Below the pieces are notes generated by a model that ran no database searches, had not been told where the DNA came from, and was given only the letters and a program-made list of their open reading frames with translations. A DNA stretch of 9,861 nucleotides from an uncultured archaeon (GTDB taxonomy: Archaea > Asgardarchaeota > Lokiarchaeia > Sigyniarchaeales > Promethearchaeaceae): NCBI GenBank assembly GCA_964426185.1, contig CAYRPF010000047.1:14441-24301 (forward strand), written 5' to 3'. Position 1 is the first letter of the stretch; each line of letters opens with the position of its first letter. Of this stretch, positions 7,331 to 9,861 are shown piece after piece. The position numbers and the translations under genes were made by a program.

Positions 7331-8614
7331 ATGGCAAAGAAATCTTCAAAACGTGTAGCAAAAAGAAGGACTAAAAGATCACGTTCTTCTAAGGGAAAAG
7401 CAAGTGTTTCACAAGAAGTAACACCATCCCGACATTTGAAGGAAAATTTAGAAATGAAAGATTTAGTAGCAGTTCGAAATTTATTAGAGAAAAGATTAAA
7501 AGAAGGAGGAACAACCGTTTATGAGATCCCTCGTGATTCTATAAAAATTGATGAACTAACGATGAATGAGGCATTAAAACGAATTAATGATGTTGCGTTG
7601 GATTTAGTAAATCAAATTAAAATTACCGGTTCACCCACATTCAAAATTCCTAATCGATCCTCATCCAATATTATCTATGATGAAAAACAAGATTTATTAT
7701 TATTAGGTCAAAAGACTACAAATAAATCACTATTAACCCTAACATCAGCTCAAGATAGCGCTCGTTTAATGAAAGTATTAGAAATTATCCATGAATTATT
7801 ACGGAAAAAAAAGCATATGACTAAGCGTGAAGTCTATTATGGCGATGTTAATTTATTTCAAGACCAAAAATTTAGTGATGCAAGTATTGAAGATGCATCA
7901 ACTTTGTTAAGAACTACTCGTAATTCCACAGGAATTGTTGCAAAAGCGCGAGGATCAGCAGTTGGAAGATTGCGTTTGAAGGACAGAAATGAAATTATTG
8001 ATTTGGACGCTCAAGGTTCTGGTGCATGGTCTATTACACCTATGATTGATCAAGTTGAAGTTCTCGAATCAGACGCAGAATTTATTTTAGTTTTGGAAAA
8101 AGATGCTGCGATGATGCGTCTCATTGAGGAAAAATGGTGGCGAAAATATCCATGTATAGCTCTAACCGCTGAGGGAGTTGGAAATGTGGCTACACGAATG
8201 TTCTTAAAGAAAATAAACCGTGATCTACGACTGCCTACATTTAGTGTGGTTGATGCTGATCCTTATGGACACTATATATATTCGGTTTATATCCGTGGAT
8301 CTAAACGTTTATCTTATGAAACGCCCTTTCTCGCTACACCCGATATGCATTTACTTGGTGTTCTTTCCCAAGATTTAGATGAATATGGTATTGATTACTC
8401 TTGCAGAATTCCTATGAATAAAATTGATATGAAACGCTTAGATGATATCCTAGCAGAACCTTATGTGCAAGCAAACAAACGTTGGAAAGAAGATTTGGAA
8501 CTTATGAAAAAAACAAAAATGAAAGCAGAAATACAAGCTCTTTCTTCCCATGGAATAGAATATTTAACTGATACATATTTACCAAATAAACTATATTCAG
8601 GAGATTGGATATGA
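7331..8614 (+). CDS. top6A: DNA topoisomerase VI subunit A (Spo11 family)
   Basis: Winged-helix catalytic motif TKREVYY (Y170, 7838-7840), FQDQxxSD, toprim LEKDA (E256), DADPYG (D308/D310) and C-terminal KAEIQAL. It starts 2 nt after the top6B stop, with an SD-like GGAAGTGA at 7313-7320. Confidence 0.97.
   Translation: MAKKSSKRVAKRRTKRSRSSKGKASVSQEVTPSRHLKENLEMKDLVAVRNLLEKRLKEGGTTVYEIPRDSIKIDELTMNEALKRINDVALDLVNQIKITGSPTFKIPNRSSSNIIYDEKQDLLLLGQKTTNKSLLTLTSAQDSARLMKVLEIIHELLRKKKHMTKREVYYGDVNLFQDQKFSDASIEDASTLLRTTRNSTGIVAKARGSAVGRLRLKDRNEIIDLDAQGSGAWSITPMIDQVEVLESDAEFILVLEKDAAMMRLIEEKWWRKYPCIALTAEGVGNVATRMFLKKINRDLRLPTFSVVDADPYGHYIYSVYIRGSKRLSYETPFLATPDMHLLGVLSQDLDEYGIDYSCRIPMNKIDMKRLDDILAEPYVQANKRWKEDLELMKKTKMKAEIQALSSHGIEYLTDTYLPNKLYSGDWI
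8599..8604 (+). promoter_or_regulatory. Shine-Dalgarno AGGAGA for the ATG at 8611
   Basis: AGGAGA lies 6 nt before an ATG that overlaps the top6A stop (ATGA, 8611-8614). Confidence 0.65.
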
Positions 8615-9186
8615 AAATCTTTCGCACGGATGATGGTCGCATTCTCCAACTAGTGGAAAAAGAAAAGATGCAAGATTGGGATGCAGAAATGCCTCTATTA
8701 TTCATTGGAGTGATGAAGGACAAACGACTTCCTTTATATAAGAAAGTATATCCAAAAAAACTCATCTCACAAGTAGAAGCTTATCTTGATGATATATTAG
8801 AGAATGTTGCAATCCCAAAATTAATTAAGGCGCTTTCAAGCCCAAATACTGAAGAAAGAGTAAGAGTGGCTGAAAATCTCTTGGAAATTAGTAAATCAAA
8901 TCCAGATCAACTTAAGATTGCGCTTCCTCACCTGGAAAGGACATCAAATGATAAGAATAAAAAAATTGCAAAATTAATCAAAGATACTATCAAAAATTAT
9001 CAAAAAGCGCAACGACGGAAACAAACAGCCGCCAAAAGAAAGAAGCTAACTGAATTACGCAAGAAAATGGATGGAATTGATCGAAAATTTGCAGATGGTG
9101 AAATTTCTGATGAAGAATACTTACAAGAACAAAAGAACTATCTGAAGTTAAAACGAGAAATTGAAATCGCAGAATCACTCGATTAA
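8611..9186 (+). CDS. Hypothetical protein (191 aa) with two HEAT-like repeats, a basic coiled coil and a SHOCT-like C-terminus
   Basis: AIPKLIKALSSPNTEERVRVAENLLEIS and ALPHLERTSNDKNKKIAKLIKDTI fit the HEAT/PBS-lyase pattern. FADGEISDEEY fits the SHOCT G-x-I-S-x-E-E-[FY] pattern. I moved the start from TTG 8605 to ATG 8611 because of the SD spacing and the ATGA overlap. Confidence 0.8.
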   Translation: MKIFRTDDGRILQLVEKEKMQDWDAEMPLLFIGVMKDKRLPLYKKVYPKKLISQVEAYLDDILENVAIPKLIKALSSPNTEERVRVAENLLEISKSNPDQLKIALPHLERTSNDKNKKIAKLIKDTIKNYQKAQRRKQTAAKRKKLTELRKKMDGIDRKFADGEISDEEYLQEQKNYLKLKREIEIAESLD

Positions 9187-9197
9187 GACTTTAAATC

Positions 9198-9287
9198 ATA
9201 AATTGCCACTAACAACCTATGAAAATTTACCTCAAAAAAGGAGATATAAATTGCCACTAACAACCTATGAAAATTTACCTCAAAAAA
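9198..9287 (+). repeat. Perfect 42-bp direct repeat, two copies, 48-bp period
   Basis: ATAAATTGCCACTAACAACCTATGAAAATTTACCTCAAAAAA occurs at 9198-9239 and 9246-9287, separated by GGAGAT. It encodes KLPLTTYENLPQK twice in frame. Confidence 0.95.
9239..9244 (+). promoter_or_regulatory. Shine-Dalgarno AGGAGA for the TTG at 9251
   Basis: Same hexamer and same 6-nt spacing as the SD of the preceding gene. It sits between the two repeat copies. Confidence 0.6.
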
Positions 9288-9844
9288 TACTATGCATCGA
9301 TATTGGATTAGATAATTTAACTGATTTCGTCCGATGGACTCGTGCTAATACAAATATATTTCCCATGGATATTCAAGCAGGTCGGTCGATGGCTAAAGAA
9401 AATTTCTTTTTACAAATCGAAAAACCCGATCGTAGGATGGTTTTTATAAAAAAAAAGAAGATTGTTTTTCTGATAATGGCCGATGTCGAAATTCAATATC
9501 AAATGCTTGAAGCAATTTTAGAAGTAATAATAGAAGAATTTTTCAAATCATACGGTGCTATAATTGATAATTTCTTTTCAGGAATGACCAATATCTTTGA
9601 AGGATTTAAAACAACTATTTTAAGAAATATTGATGTTGCTCAAAAAGAACGTGTAAAATGGATTCAAAGTAGATGTTCAATCTGTAATACTAACTATTAT
9701 ATCTGTGTTCGCAAATCTTTAATTACAAATGCAAAAAGCTTTCCAGTTTCTCTTGTATTCAAACACGGAGGACATGGATTATTAATTTATCTCGATGCAA
9801 AATTTCGTACACGAGGGAGTGAATTCGTGGAAATAACGGGATGA
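9251..9844 (+). CDS. Hypothetical protein (197 aa): longin/roadblock-like N-terminal domain plus C-terminal CxxC...HxxH putative zinc-binding domain
   Basis: Short beta strands (FFLQIE, RMVFIK, IVFLIMAD) followed by an amphipathic helix (LEAILEVIIEEFFKSY) and IFEGFKTTI give a longin-like pattern. Then come CSIC (9674-9685), HGGH (9764-9775) and IYLDAKFRTRG. The start is most likely TTG 9251 (SD present); TTG 9203 and 9161 are in-frame alternatives. Confidence 0.7.
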   Translation: MPLTTYENLPQKILCIDIGLDNLTDFVRWTRANTNIFPMDIQAGRSMAKENFFLQIEKPDRRMVFIKKKKIVFLIMADVEIQYQMLEAILEVIIEEFFKSYGAIIDNFFSGMTNIFEGFKTTILRNIDVAQKERVKWIQSRCSICNTNYYICVRKSLITNAKSFPVSLVFKHGGHGLLIYLDAKFRTRGSEFVEITG

Positions 9845-9861
9845 AATTAAATATGTGATTA

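Noticed and set aside
8461-9178. Minus-strand ORFs 8461-8649, 8502-8765 and 8990-9178
   Set aside because: Short antisense shadows of top6A and the HEAT-like gene with no independent support.
9161-9250. ORF-track start at 9161 giving 227 aa
   Set aside because: It overlaps the upstream gene by 26 nt, has no clear SD, and the extension consists largely of the duplicated segment. TTG 9251 has a well-spaced AGGAGA.
9198-9287. 42-bp repeat pair as a CRISPR array
   Set aside because: Only two copies, the spacer is 6 bp, the repeat overlaps coding sequence and there are no cas genes in the window.

Overview
AT-rich archaeal window, most likely Asgard/Lokiarchaeia-like (inferred from gene content, not proven). 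The minus strand carries an archaeal RecJ/GAN (Cdc45-like) DHH nuclease, a 156-aa orphan and an archaeal-type coaBC. After a 254-bp divergent intergenic region, the plus strand carries a tight four-gene cluster: (1) a 1165-aa topoisomerase VI B subunit, about twice the usual size, with three large internal insertions, a Lys-rich low-complexity tail and a C-terminal winged-helix-like domain; (2) a Top6A/Spo11 subunit that resembles plant SPO11-3 but has an altered toprim-adjacent motif; (3) a translationally coupled HEAT/coiled-coil/SHOCT protein; (4) a longin-like plus CxxC/HxxH protein whose 5' end is duplicated by a perfect 42-bp direct repeat. The best candidate for an undescribed system is an elaborated, possibly multi-subunit Topo VI/Spo11-type complex with co-encoded accessory factors. 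All family assignments come from motif recognition and recalled sequences; no searches were run.
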